Shown piece by piece: positions 9,735 to 18,069 of a stretch of 58,797 nt of DNA. The stretch comes from a virus (Duplodnaviria; Caudoviricetes): positions 1 through 58,797 of the IMG/VR virus record IMGVR_UViG_3300018420_000021. One strand, 5' to 3'. The notes beneath the pieces were generated by a model. That model was not told the origin of the DNA. It searched no databases and saw only the letters and a program-made list of their open reading frames with translations. Position 1 is the stretch's first letter, and each line of letters opens with the position of its first letter. The position numbers were made by a program, and so were the translations under genes.

Positions 9735-9989
9735 ATGAGCGAAGTCGTAGACACGGAAAGTCTGGTAACAACATACACTATCTTAATCGATTATGTTCCA
9801 TCTGGTAATCGGCAAGGAGCCGCAGATCATTTAATGGGATTACTAGTTGATAGCATGGATGAGATTGAACTACAGGAACTAGTGAAAGCTATTAACTGTG
9901 ATTATCTAACCAATGCTTATAACGAGTATGATTTTGATGATTATGTAGATGACGAAGACGAAGACGAATGGAAATATGACGAAGAATGA
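9735..9989 (+). CDS. Hypothetical acidic protein
   Basis: ORF tightly packed between uvsX and uvsY. Confidence 0.7.
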   Translation: MSEVVDTESLVTTYTILIDYVPSGNRQGAADHLMGLLVDSMDEIELQELVKAINCDYLTNAYNEYDFDDYVDDEDEDEWKYDEE

Positions 9990-9992
9990 TTT

Positions 9993-10448
9993 ATGTGGTA
10001 TAATCGTGTAGTTAAAGACCTTGGTGAACTGCCTGCATTCATTGCATACTACGAAGCTGAACTTGAAAAAGCACGTAAAGATGCAAAGATATCAGGCATC
10101 ATTGAAATTAACTTAAAAGAGATGCCAGGAATAACCGAGCACCGTTTTAATCAACTACAAGAGATTGAAGCGGTGCTCGAGTTTCTCAACATACAACTTA
10201 GAAAAATTCGACGTAAACATTTCCAAAAATATCTAGAAGGATATGCTCGAGCGTTGAGTAGTAGAGACGCTGAAAAATATGTTGACGGCGAAGACGATGT
10301 TATTGATTTTGAAACCCTTATCAACGAAGTGAGCTTGTTGCGAAACAAGTGGTTAGGTATACACAAAGGATTGGATAACAAGCAATGGATGCTCGGACAT
10401 ATTGTAAAACTACGTACGGCGGGCATGGAAGATGTTACACTCCAATAG
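9993..10448 (+). CDS. uvsY: Recombination mediator UvsY-like
   Basis: 151-aa helical protein, AEKYVDGEDD and KQW..G.IVKLRTAG C-terminus; located after uvsX. Confidence 0.8.
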   Translation: MWYNRVVKDLGELPAFIAYYEAELEKARKDAKISGIIEINLKEMPGITEHRFNQLQEIEAVLEFLNIQLRKIRRKHFQKYLEGYARALSSRDAEKYVDGEDDVIDFETLINEVSLLRNKWLGIHKGLDNKQWMLGHIVKLRTAGMEDVTLQ

Positions 10449-10728
10449 TATTAGAAAAAATTTAAATCGATGGGAAGCATTACGTGATGCTAAACCTAAA
10501 GCAGAATGGCAGGACATGTTTAAGCTACAACGTTGGCAAGCAGAACTAGACATGTATGCACTACAACTTAGACAACTCACGTTATTTGCAGATAACTTAA
10601 CTGAATACGATATCAAGCAATTAAATCAAGAGTTCAGTTCTAAATTAGATAATTATAGTAAACAAGTAACATTGGATATTCTCAAACATGGATCATTTTG
10701 TAAGCCCTCATCAAAGTCATCTGCATAG
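10432..10728 (+). CDS. Hypothetical coiled-coil protein
   Basis: ORF overlapping both neighbours in the operon. Confidence 0.55.
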   Translation: MLHSNSIRKNLNRWEALRDAKPKAEWQDMFKLQRWQAELDMYALQLRQLTLFADNLTEYDIKQLNQEFSSKLDNYSKQVTLDILKHGSFCKPSSKSSA

Positions 10729-11443
10729 TCTTAAAACACTTAATCAAATATATCAGTACGATAGTTTTCTTGACAGTATTAAAAACATTGCAGACTTTGG
10801 ATGCGGATCAGGATTAGACACTAATTGGTGGGCTACGCTTTCTACTAGAGATGATCCTCCTCAGCCTAGAAACTATAATGTAGCTTCTGTTGATATAGTA
10901 GACAAAGTAGACCCAAAAGTTAAAGAACTAAAAAATGTTAAACTAATAACCAACGACTTCGAAAAAGAAGGTGTTGTTGGCAATTCAATTGATTTGTTAT
11001 GGTGCCATGATGCGTTTCAATATGTAGTGAATCCATTACAAACTCTTTGTAACTGGAACAAGATGATGGTCAAAGATGGAATGTTAATCATCATTATGCC
11101 TCAGTATGCAGGATATGTCAACAACAAAGTTCATTTCCGCATATACAACGGAACACTATATCCACATAACATTGTTAATTTGATGTACATGCTAGCAGTA
11201 TGTGGCTTTGATTGTAATGATGCATTTTTTAAAGTAGAGGTACATGATTATGTTCCTTGGATTCATGCGGCAGTTTACAAAGCAGGAGACCCAATTGATC
11301 CTAAAACAAGTTTGTATCAACTAGCAGACATGCAGTTGTTAAATCCAAGTGCAACAAAAAGTTTGGATGCTAATGGATATATTAGACAAGAAGACTTAAT
11401 AACAAGTTGGTTTGACAAGGATTGGCACAGACACGTATTATGA
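10688..11443 (+). CDS. Class I SAM-dependent methyltransferase
   Basis: ADFGCGSG motif I; DLLWCHDAFQY; DGMLII. Confidence 0.85.
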   Translation: MDHFVSPHQSHLHSLKTLNQIYQYDSFLDSIKNIADFGCGSGLDTNWWATLSTRDDPPQPRNYNVASVDIVDKVDPKVKELKNVKLITNDFEKEGVVGNSIDLLWCHDAFQYVVNPLQTLCNWNKMMVKDGMLIIIMPQYAGYVNNKVHFRIYNGTLYPHNIVNLMYMLAVCGFDCNDAFFKVEVHDYVPWIHAAVYKAGDPIDPKTSLYQLADMQLLNPSATKSLDANGYIRQEDLITSWFDKDWHRHVL

Positions 11444-12204
11444 AAGTATCACTAGTAACAGGTGGGTTTGATCCTATACATAGCGGTCATATCGAAATGA
11501 TACGTGCCGCTAGAGAATATGGCGAACAAGTTTGGGTTGGCGTAAACAGTGACGAATGGCTTGTTCGCAAAAAAGGTTTTGTGTTTATGCCCTTTCAAGA
11601 ACGGGTGTCTATTATAAAAGCACTGGCTGATGTAGATAAAGTTATTAGCTGGGACGATTCAGATGGAACAGCAAGTGGTGCAATCTTTAAAGCACTGAGT
11701 TTGGGTGCTAGTGAAGTAGCATTTTGTAACGGCGGCGATCGGTCTGACGTACAAGCTCTTCCTAAAGAAGAGCGGTTATGGGCATCGCATCCTAAGTGTG
11801 AACTTGTTTTTGGTGTTGGCGGCACTGACAAACGCAATAGTAGTAGCACACTAGTAGAAAACATACAAGCACCTAAAACCATGCGTCCGTGGGGTTATTA
11901 TAAGGTAGTTTTTGAATCAGAAGGTGTTAAAGTTAAAGAATTAGTAGTCGATCCGGGACAGAAATTATCTATGCAACGTCATACCAAGCGCAGTGAGTTT
12001 TGGATGGTATATAAAGGACATTGTGTAGTCAATACTCCAGATGAAAAGCAAGAGCCCACAGTTATGGGTCCTATGCAGAGTACGTTTATTCCCAACACAA
12101 TGTGGCATCAGTTAATGAATCCATTTCCTGAACCTTGTCATGTTGTTGAAATTCAATATGGGAAAGAATGTGTTGAAGAAGATATAGAAAGATGGGAAGA
12201 GTAA
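11440..12204 (+). CDS. Cytidylyltransferase-family nucleotidyltransferase (RfaE/TagD-like) fused to a mannose-6-phosphate isomerase type II-like cupin
   Basis: TGGFDPIHSGH (HxGH), GVNSD; C-terminal RPWG..LSMQRH..RSEFW..H..EIQYG..EEDIER. Confidence 0.88.
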   Translation: MKVSLVTGGFDPIHSGHIEMIRAAREYGEQVWVGVNSDEWLVRKKGFVFMPFQERVSIIKALADVDKVISWDDSDGTASGAIFKALSLGASEVAFCNGGDRSDVQALPKEERLWASHPKCELVFGVGGTDKRNSSSTLVENIQAPKTMRPWGYYKVVFESEGVKVKELVVDPGQKLSMQRHTKRSEFWMVYKGHCVVNTPDEKQEPTVMGPMQSTFIPNTMWHQLMNPFPEPCHVVEIQYGKECVEEDIERWEE

Positions 12205-12226
12205 TTACTACTCTTCCCAATAATTC

Positions 12227-12415
12227 TTAGTTAGATATATTCCAACGCTTAAGAAATTCTTTTTGTGTGTCTGGATCAAGTTGATGCCAATGCTGACGAA
12301 TAACATTCTGAGCATGCACTTCGCCCCAGGCTTCCATCTTAGCCCAAAACTTCTTACCAAAGCCTTTAAAAGGGTTGTCTAATGTGATTGTTTTGTCAAG
12401 TACTGTTACGGTCAT
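12227..12415 (-). CDS. Small hypothetical protein
   Basis: 62 aa, ATGA-coupled to upstream gene, GAGG RBS. Confidence 0.65.
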   Translation of the reverse strand: MTVTVLDKTITLDNPFKGFGKKFWAKMEAWGEVHAQNVIRQHWHQLDPDTQKEFLKRWNISN

Positions 12416-12606
12416 AGGTTTAATCCTCTTAATTTATTATTACCAAAATGGTTACCATAGCGAAGATTGTGAAGTCTGCGCTCTAGATCTGCATGATCTG
12501 TAGATTGTCCGAGATATTCTTCAATATCTCGAGCATTGTTAATACTTTCGAAGAAATTCGCCACTGCTCGTAACGGTAATGTCATCCAATATAGGATTGT
12601 ATTCAT
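12412..12606 (-). CDS. Small DUF3563-like protein
   Basis: Start refined to MNTILYW with AGGAG RBS; EEYLGQSTDHADLERR motif. Confidence 0.65.
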   Translation of the reverse strand: MNTILYWMTLPLRAVANFFESINNARDIEEYLGQSTDHADLERRLHNLRYGNHFGNNKLRGLNL

Positions 12607-12642
12607 TCTTTTTACTCCTGTATGTGTATGTGTGCTTGAGGA

Positions 12643-12764
12643 GAGCAATACCCCGGTCTCTTCCGGCGTCACCACGATACCTGTCTTTCAGTACCACTTG
12701 TAAGGCATGGGATATGCCCTAGTCTTTCCTAGTGCCACTCATTTTTTATGAGCTGAGGTCGCTC
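12643..12764 (-). ncRNA. Unassigned multibranched structured RNA / 5' leader with three repeated hairpin units
   Basis: Closing stem GAGCGA..TTGCTC and five internal hairpins; GC-rich island; AATAAATA late promoter at 12770-12777 (-). Confidence 0.7.
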
Positions 12765-12941
12765 AATGTTATTTATTGTAGTAATGCCCAATTTACAACA
12801 GTTGTTTGGGAAAAACACTATTGCTATTTTAGCATTAATACACTAATCTGATAACAAATTGTTAACAGATATGCAATAATACGTGGTATTTACCTGTTGC
12901 ACTGCAAAATAATTTAAAGTTATAAAATGGCAAACTAACGG

Positions 12942-12970
12942 TTGACATCACTAAGTAAGTCTGCTATATT
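12942..12970 (+). promoter_or_regulatory. sigma70-type promoter for tRNA cluster
   Basis: TTGACA-17-TATATT with extended -10 TG. Confidence 0.75.
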
Positions 12971-12986
12971 ATACAAACTAAACAAA

Positions 12987-13078
12987 GGTGAGGTGACTGA
13001 GAGGCCGAAAGTGGCAGATTGCTAATCTGTTGTACCTAGCAATGGGTACCCAGGGTTCGAATCCCTGTCTCACCGCCA
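12987..13078 (+). tRNA. tRNA-Ser(GCT)
   Basis: Cloverleaf, long variable arm, anticodon loop TTGCTAA, GGTTCGAATCC, CCA end. Confidence 0.93.
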
Positions 13079-13091
13079 CTCTAAAAAGGAT

Positions 13092-13289
13092 ATGTTAATG
13101 AAGTTAATAGATAAGTTATCAAAGGTCGATGAAGATATCACCATCAGACAACTAGACAACGGTTTTGTATTTGAAGTCGGTGGTCGTGACGATGACGATG
13201 AATGGGCAACGGCAAAGATTGTGTGTAACGATCTTGCAACTGTTCAAAGTTTAGTTGAAGAAGCAACAAAGTTACCTCGCAATACCTAA
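13092..13289 (+). CDS. Small hypothetical protein
   Basis: 65 aa with AAGGA RBS, between tRNAs. Confidence 0.7.
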   Translation: MLMKLIDKLSKVDEDITIRQLDNGFVFEVGGRDDDDEWATAKIVCNDLATVQSLVEEATKLPRNT

Positions 13290-13316
13290 TAACATTTAAG
13301 TTGGTACACAATATGT

Positions 13317-13393
13317 CTGCCCTTAGCTCAGCTGGATAGAGCAACAGCCTTCTAAGCTGTGGGTCAGAGGTTCGAATCCTCTAGGGCAGGCCA
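13317..13393 (+). tRNA. tRNA-Arg(TCT)
   Basis: Cloverleaf, loop CTTCTAA, CCA end. Confidence 0.95.
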
Positions 13394-13395
13394 CC

Positions 13396-13480
13396 GCCCA
13401 CGTGGTGAAATCGGTAAACACAAGGGACTTAAAATCCCTCGGCATCTGCCTTGTCAGTTCGAGTCTGACCGTGGGCACCA
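13396..13480 (+). tRNA. tRNA-Leu(TAA)
   Basis: Cloverleaf with variable arm, loop CTTAAAA, CCA end. Confidence 0.93.
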
Positions 13481-13497
13481 ACTTAAAGGAGAATGGT

Positions 13498-13728
13498 ATG
13501 TGGATTGATGTAAATGAAAGATTGCCTAAAGTAGGCGAAAATGTTTGGTACTATTTCGAAATAGTAGGCATTCATAGAGGATGGTATGAAGGTATATACG
13601 TAGATGACTATGGTACTGAATATCCTGACATGCATGTATTTGCATGTGACTATGGATGGTTAACTGGTGATGTAACTCATTGGCATCCAGATCAAGATGA
13701 GGAGCCGGTATATCCGACTGTTCATTAA
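13498..13728 (+). CDS. Small phage protein, DUF551-like
   Basis: MWIDVNERLP...VTHW.P motif; AAGGAG RBS. Confidence 0.7.
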   Translation: MWIDVNERLPKVGENVWYYFEIVGIHRGWYEGIYVDDYGTEYPDMHVFACDYGWLTGDVTHWHPDQDEEPVYPTVH

Positions 13729-13737
13729 GTTGTAGAC

Positions 13738-13813
13738 GACCCCTTCGTCTAGTGGTTTAGGACACCGCCCTTTCACGGCGGTAACACGGGTTCGAATCCC
13801 GTAGGGGTCACCA
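13738..13813 (+). tRNA. tRNA-Glu(TTC)
   Basis: Cloverleaf, loop CTTTCAC, CCA end. Confidence 0.95.
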
Positions 13814-13814
13814 A

Positions 13815-13910
13815 GGTCCTGTAGTTTAATGGTAAAACACCCGCCTTATACGCGGTTAGATGTCTCCAGATTAGAGAGCGATCCCGGTTCGAATCCGGGC
13901 AGGACTACCA
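13815..13910 (+). tRNA. tRNA-Ile(TAT)-like with long variable arm
   Basis: Acceptor GGTCCTG/CAGGACT, D arm GTTT..AAAC, loop CTTATAC, ~26-nt variable region, T arm CCGG-TTCGAAT-CCGG, ACCA end. Confidence 0.8.
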
Positions 13911-13925
13911 ACTTTTTGTATAACA

Positions 13926-14378
13926 ATGTTATCTAAACAAGATTATTCACATATCAATACAGCGTTTGAAATCGCTAAGAGCACCGAGCGTGTTCGCGGT
14001 AGTCGTATGGCAGCGGTTCTTGTACGCAAAAACAAGGTAGTAGGTGTGGGCTTCAATCATATGAAGTCGCATCCGTTTCAGACCAAGTATGCTCGGAATG
14101 AACACGCAATATTCTTTCATGCTGAAACGCATGCTATTAAGAATGCACTACAGTCACTTAACGTTGATGATTTAGAAAAGTGTACCTTATATATCGCACG
14201 AGCTCGTAAAGGTGATGGCAAAGATAAGCGCCATTGGGAATATGGTTCCAGCAAGCCTTGTACAGGTTGTGCTCGTTGTATCAATGAGTTTGGCATTCGT
14301 CGTGTAGTCTATACTGAAAACGGAAACGAAGTGGTCATGCTCGATAATTATGATCTAGATATTAAAGGTTATAAATGA
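13926..14378 (+). CDS. Zinc-dependent cytidine/dCMP deaminase-fold protein
   Basis: HAE and PCxxC motifs. Confidence 0.85.
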   Translation: MLSKQDYSHINTAFEIAKSTERVRGSRMAAVLVRKNKVVGVGFNHMKSHPFQTKYARNEHAIFFHAETHAIKNALQSLNVDDLEKCTLYIARARKGDGKDKRHWEYGSSKPCTGCARCINEFGIRRVVYTENGNEVVMLDNYDLDIKGYK

Positions 14379-14397
14379 CTTTGATAAATATGTTATC

Positions 14398-15954
14398 ATG
14401 AGATACTTAGATTTTAAATTACTACCAGAAACTAGAATGTATGTAGAAGCAAATTCTGAAGCCGAGACTGCTAAGAAGGATTTAACTACATTAGAAAAAG
14501 TACTCACCGATCTGCCAGCAGAACAGAGTCAAACCAAAGAAAATGTTATCGGCAAATTACAACAGATGTCATCAGCTGTACAGAATTTTATTTCTAAAAT
14601 AGTTGGACATCCTGTAAAAGAAGATAAACTTGATGATTCTATTGCAGGTCTAATAGACACTTTAAAACAACAAATACAACAAGTAGAAGATTCTGATATA
14701 GATGAATCTGCAAAATCAAAGTTTATTGCTCCTATTAGGCAAAATCTTGAAGCACTTACAGGTCAAGTAGAAAAACTTACTAAAGTAAAAGACCAAGCAG
14801 TTGCTACCGCTGAAGAAGCAAAAGCATTTGTTCAGCAAGTAAGTGGATACTTAGTTACTCTAGGAAATAAAGTACAAGGTTATACTGAATCTGACCTAGA
14901 ATCTTTATCAGGCAAAGAAAGAGCTTTAGCTAAATCTGCCGCAGTAAATGCTCAAAAATTTAGCAACACACTTAAACAGGCTTTGTTTGGTAAGATTGTT
15001 GATATTCAAGAACAAGGTATTAAACCAGACGATATCAAAACATTCTTGCAAGCATGCGTTGACGGTGAAGTTATTGATATGAAGCAATTAATTAATAACA
15101 GCACAGGAAACGTCAGAGACTTTGTAAAAGAACAGCACCTACGAATGTTTGATATATTCGTTAATCAGAATATATTCAGCTATAGTCCTGGGTCAACTTC
15201 TGGCAACATTGGCCCTGGAGAGATGGCACTTTCAATGATGGGTAACCCTGCAGAAAAAGGAAAAACTGGAGATCTACTAATTGATGGAAAAGAACTTGAA
15301 ATCAAAGCAGGCGGCGTTAAAGGATCTGGTGGCAGATTGAATAGTAAAGCGTTGACTAAACCTACTACAGGATGGAAAGTTTTTAGCAAACATATCTCAG
15401 AGATATTACAAAATGCACCTGACGAACCTCTAACCCGTGTGCCTAATGTAAAGACTGGCAAAGTAGTAACTATTACTAAAAGTCTAAAAGGATGGGATGG
15501 AAACTTCAAATCAGCTTCAGGTAAAACAGGTAGTGCTTATAACTTCTTACCAACGATTATTCCTTTGCTAAATTCAGAAGTACTAGGACCTTACAGTGAT
15601 AAACAAAAAACAACTGAGTTGTTTGTAGAATCGTTTAAGGCAATGACAGGCAACTGGGACCAACTAAAGATAGAAGGTACTACACCAGAAGCATTAATCG
15701 CTGATGCTGTTAAATCTGATGGTACTACAGAATTTGTTGACATGGCAAAAGCATGGGCTAGAATTGCATACGAAAGTTATCATTTAGCAGACGGTATAGA
15801 ATCGATTATGTTCTTACGTACAGATACTCTTAACTTTGTTATTGTGGATGACGGCACTGACTTTATAAGAAACTTTGGTAATCTTAAAGTCTCAGGTTTT
15901 GTTTGGAATGATGATCAGCAAAATCCAACACCTGGATTCCTGCCAGCTACATAG
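14398..15954 (+). CDS. Hypothetical protein: coiled-coil N-terminus and probable PD-(D/E)xK nuclease domain
   Basis: GPGE..L...GDL.IDGK..EIK pattern; GATAAATA late promoter directly upstream. Confidence 0.6.
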   Translation: MRYLDFKLLPETRMYVEANSEAETAKKDLTTLEKVLTDLPAEQSQTKENVIGKLQQMSSAVQNFISKIVGHPVKEDKLDDSIAGLIDTLKQQIQQVEDSDIDESAKSKFIAPIRQNLEALTGQVEKLTKVKDQAVATAEEAKAFVQQVSGYLVTLGNKVQGYTESDLESLSGKERALAKSAAVNAQKFSNTLKQALFGKIVDIQEQGIKPDDIKTFLQACVDGEVIDMKQLINNSTGNVRDFVKEQHLRMFDIFVNQNIFSYSPGSTSGNIGPGEMALSMMGNPAEKGKTGDLLIDGKELEIKAGGVKGSGGRLNSKALTKPTTGWKVFSKHISEILQNAPDEPLTRVPNVKTGKVVTITKSLKGWDGNFKSASGKTGSAYNFLPTIIPLLNSEVLGPYSDKQKTTELFVESFKAMTGNWDQLKIEGTTPEALIADAVKSDGTTEFVDMAKAWARIAYESYHLADGIESIMFLRTDTLNFVIVDDGTDFIRNFGNLKVSGFVWNDDQQNPTPGFLPAT

Positions 15955-16105
15955 AATCTTTAATAATCACTTCCCACACAAGTAATACCCAAACAGGTAA
16001 CATCCATGCGAGTGCTAACAGTAAAACTCCGTTTGGATTTGACATGATTATACTATAGATGATTAGGGTCAATAGACCCAATGCTAATTTAGAATTCATA
16101 ATTAC

Positions 16106-16702
16106 TTAACCTTTAAACCAACTTTTAACTTTAGCCCAGAGACCTTTGCGAGGTTTTTCAACTTCGACAATTTTGTCAACTTCCACAAGTTTCTCAACTT
16201 CGACAACTCGTTCGACAACCTTTTCAACTTCGACGATCTTTTCAACTTCGATTGGTTTTTCAATTTCTACCACACGTTCCACTTCACGCTCTATAACAAC
16301 AACTTCAGGAACTTTGGTGTTATCAATTTCTTCTTGGGTAGGTAATTTGATTTCTTCTTGACGTTTTAATTGCTGAACTCTTTGAAATGCAATATCAAAT
16401 GCTGTTTTACGTTGCACATTGATTTCATGTATCATGCCTTGAGATATTTCGTCAGCAGTTCCAACTCTTTTTAGTATGCGATTCCCAGCTTCTAAGATAC
16501 GTGTCTTATCCCATGGGATATCTTGATTAGTGAGTGTGATGTGTATAATGCTCTGCCCTCCAGAATTTAGCATCAGCACATTGTTGTTCAATGTGCATTG
16601 TCCACCTTGCTTGGCAATGAGATCTACCGGACCTACTGTTTGTGCAGTATAGTGCGGTGCGCTCATTTTGAGCAGTTCATTTTCAGCTTCTTGTAAGTTC
16701 AT
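16106..16702 (-). CDS. Hypothetical protein with VE(K/R)(I/V)VE repeats
   Basis: About eight hexapeptide repeats; amphipathic C-terminal GLWAKVKSWFKG; TTAAATA upstream. Confidence 0.75.
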   Translation of the reverse strand: MNLQEAENELLKMSAPHYTAQTVGPVDLIAKQGGQCTLNNNVLMLNSGGQSIIHITLTNQDIPWDKTRILEAGNRILKRVGTADEISQGMIHEINVQRKTAFDIAFQRVQQLKRQEEIKLPTQEEIDNTKVPEVVVIEREVERVVEIEKPIEVEKIVEVEKVVERVVEVEKLVEVDKIVEVEKPRKGLWAKVKSWFKG

Positions 16703-16866
16703 AACTTAATATTTAACCGTTTTATATAGAAAATAATATGAAATCTTTCGGTTATGTTAAATAGAACTACCACAGCCTAGCGTAATTTGCTGTGGTTTTC
16801 ATTGAGTATGTGTTATATACTCATATAACATACACACATTCAAAATAAAACTAAGGAAGGTAAAAG

Positions 16867-17754
16867 ATGAATAAATTTAGTATTATTGCTGTCTCTATGC
16901 TAGCAATTTTCGCTACCAATGGTGTTGTAGCTGACGAAGCTAAGACACCAGTAACTGCAAAAGTTTTTGGAGAAGTTCGTGCATTTGTTAACGTAACTAG
17001 CCAAGACAATGTAGATGCTAGTGTTGAAAGCTCCAGCTCAAAAATTGGAGTGGTAGCAAACGCCGATGCTTCTGATAATATCAGTGTGTTCGGTGAACTA
17101 AGTGCTGACGTTGATGTTAATAGCAGTAGTGCATTAACAACTCGTTTTGGATATGCAGGTGTCAAGCACGATACACTTGGTGCAATTAGTCTTGGTAAGC
17201 ATATGAGCATTATGGAAATCTTTGTTGATAAAGGCGATCAGTTTTTCGAAGGCGGAAACGCAGGCGTACAGAAGCAAGACTTCTATCAATCAAACAGTGT
17301 ACGTTACATGAACAAGATTGGCGATATTGAAATCGGCGGACTTGCTGTGATGACAGACGATGCACAAAATGAAGCAATCGACAGTTTTCAGATTGGTGCA
17401 GGTTACGCTGGTATTGGTATTGCATATGCATATAACAATTTAACAGATATCGGACACTATGGTATTGGTGCTGAACGTAAGTATGGTCCAATTCTATTAG
17501 CTGGTAGCTTGAGTATGCAAGATGCGACGACAGACGTAATCGGGTATGAAGCAGTTGTTGGTTATGATGTAACTGACGCAGTAACTATCAAAGGTGGTTA
17601 CAGTGACACAGATGCGGCAAATGATGACGGTGTTATTACTGGCGGAACAGAATACAAGTTTGGCGACAGTGGTGCAGTGGCATTTGCAACAGTTGACTAC
17701 GACAATGATTCAGAAGACTGGACAGCTCGTAGTGGTATTAGTCTTACCTTCTAA
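16867..17754 (+). CDS. Gram-negative trimeric porin-like outer-membrane protein
   Basis: Signal peptide, VFGEV, SKIGV, R.GYAG....G.ISLGK, NSVRY, alternating beta strands, C-terminal Phe. Confidence 0.85.
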   Translation: MNKFSIIAVSMLAIFATNGVVADEAKTPVTAKVFGEVRAFVNVTSQDNVDASVESSSSKIGVVANADASDNISVFGELSADVDVNSSSALTTRFGYAGVKHDTLGAISLGKHMSIMEIFVDKGDQFFEGGNAGVQKQDFYQSNSVRYMNKIGDIEIGGLAVMTDDAQNEAIDSFQIGAGYAGIGIAYAYNNLTDIGHYGIGAERKYGPILLAGSLSMQDATTDVIGYEAVVGYDVTDAVTIKGGYSDTDAANDDGVITGGTEYKFGDSGAVAFATVDYDNDSEDWTARSGISLTF

Positions 17755-17778
17755 GAAAGTAAATATAATATCAAACTC

Positions 17779-17810
17779 AAATAAGCAGGGTTCATCCCTG
17801 CTTATTTTTT
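17779..17810 (+). terminator. Intrinsic terminator
   Basis: AAATAAGCAGGG-TTCAT-CCCTGCTTATTT followed by T run. Confidence 0.85.
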
Positions 17811-17850
17811 GACTACTAAATACGTGAAAAGCAAATCAAAAGGTTTTTCA

Positions 17851-18054
17851 ATGACACCCAACGAGCTCGAACATGCAAACAGATTATTCTGGATTGTAAA
17901 GGGACGACTAGTTCCAAAAGGTTGGAGCGATAAAACTATCCAAGATATGGTTAGAGACTATACCAAACGTGTATGGTATAATGAAGAATCATATATCTAC
18001 GAAGAAGGTTTTGAAAAAGCCTGGCAAAAACACTTGACAAATCCTCTTAACTAG
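17851..18054 (+). CDS. Small hypothetical protein
   Basis: ATG with AAGG upstream. Confidence 0.6.
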   Translation: MTPNELEHANRLFWIVKGRLVPKGWSDKTIQDMVRDYTKRVWYNEESYIYEEGFEKAWQKHLTNPLN

Positions 18055-18064
18055 CGTATAAATA
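18034..18064 (+). promoter_or_regulatory. Overlapping sigma70 and T4-late promoters for ssrA
   Basis: TTGACA(18034)-17-TATAAA, with TATAAATA at 18057-18064. Confidence 0.75.
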
Positions 18065-18069
18065 ATACT

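Noticed and set aside
12607-12675. N-terminal extension of the 12412-12675 ORF
   Set aside because: It falls in the structured RNA and AC-rich leader; the RBS supports ATG at 12606
13402-13497. N-terminal extension of ORF 13402-13728, and ORF 13144-13344 (-)
   Set aside because: They overlap tRNA-Leu and tRNA-Arg; the real start is ATG 13498 with its own RBS
13855-13882. Extra segment in tRNA-Ile(UAU) as an intron, or the tRNA as Sec/suppressor
   Set aside because: It lies at the variable-arm position and forms a stem; the anticodon is TAT with a normal 7-bp acceptor stem
15947-16045. 32-aa hydrophobic minus-strand ORF (MSNPNGVLLLALAW...)
   Set aside because: Plausible but short with no clear RBS; not enough support to list
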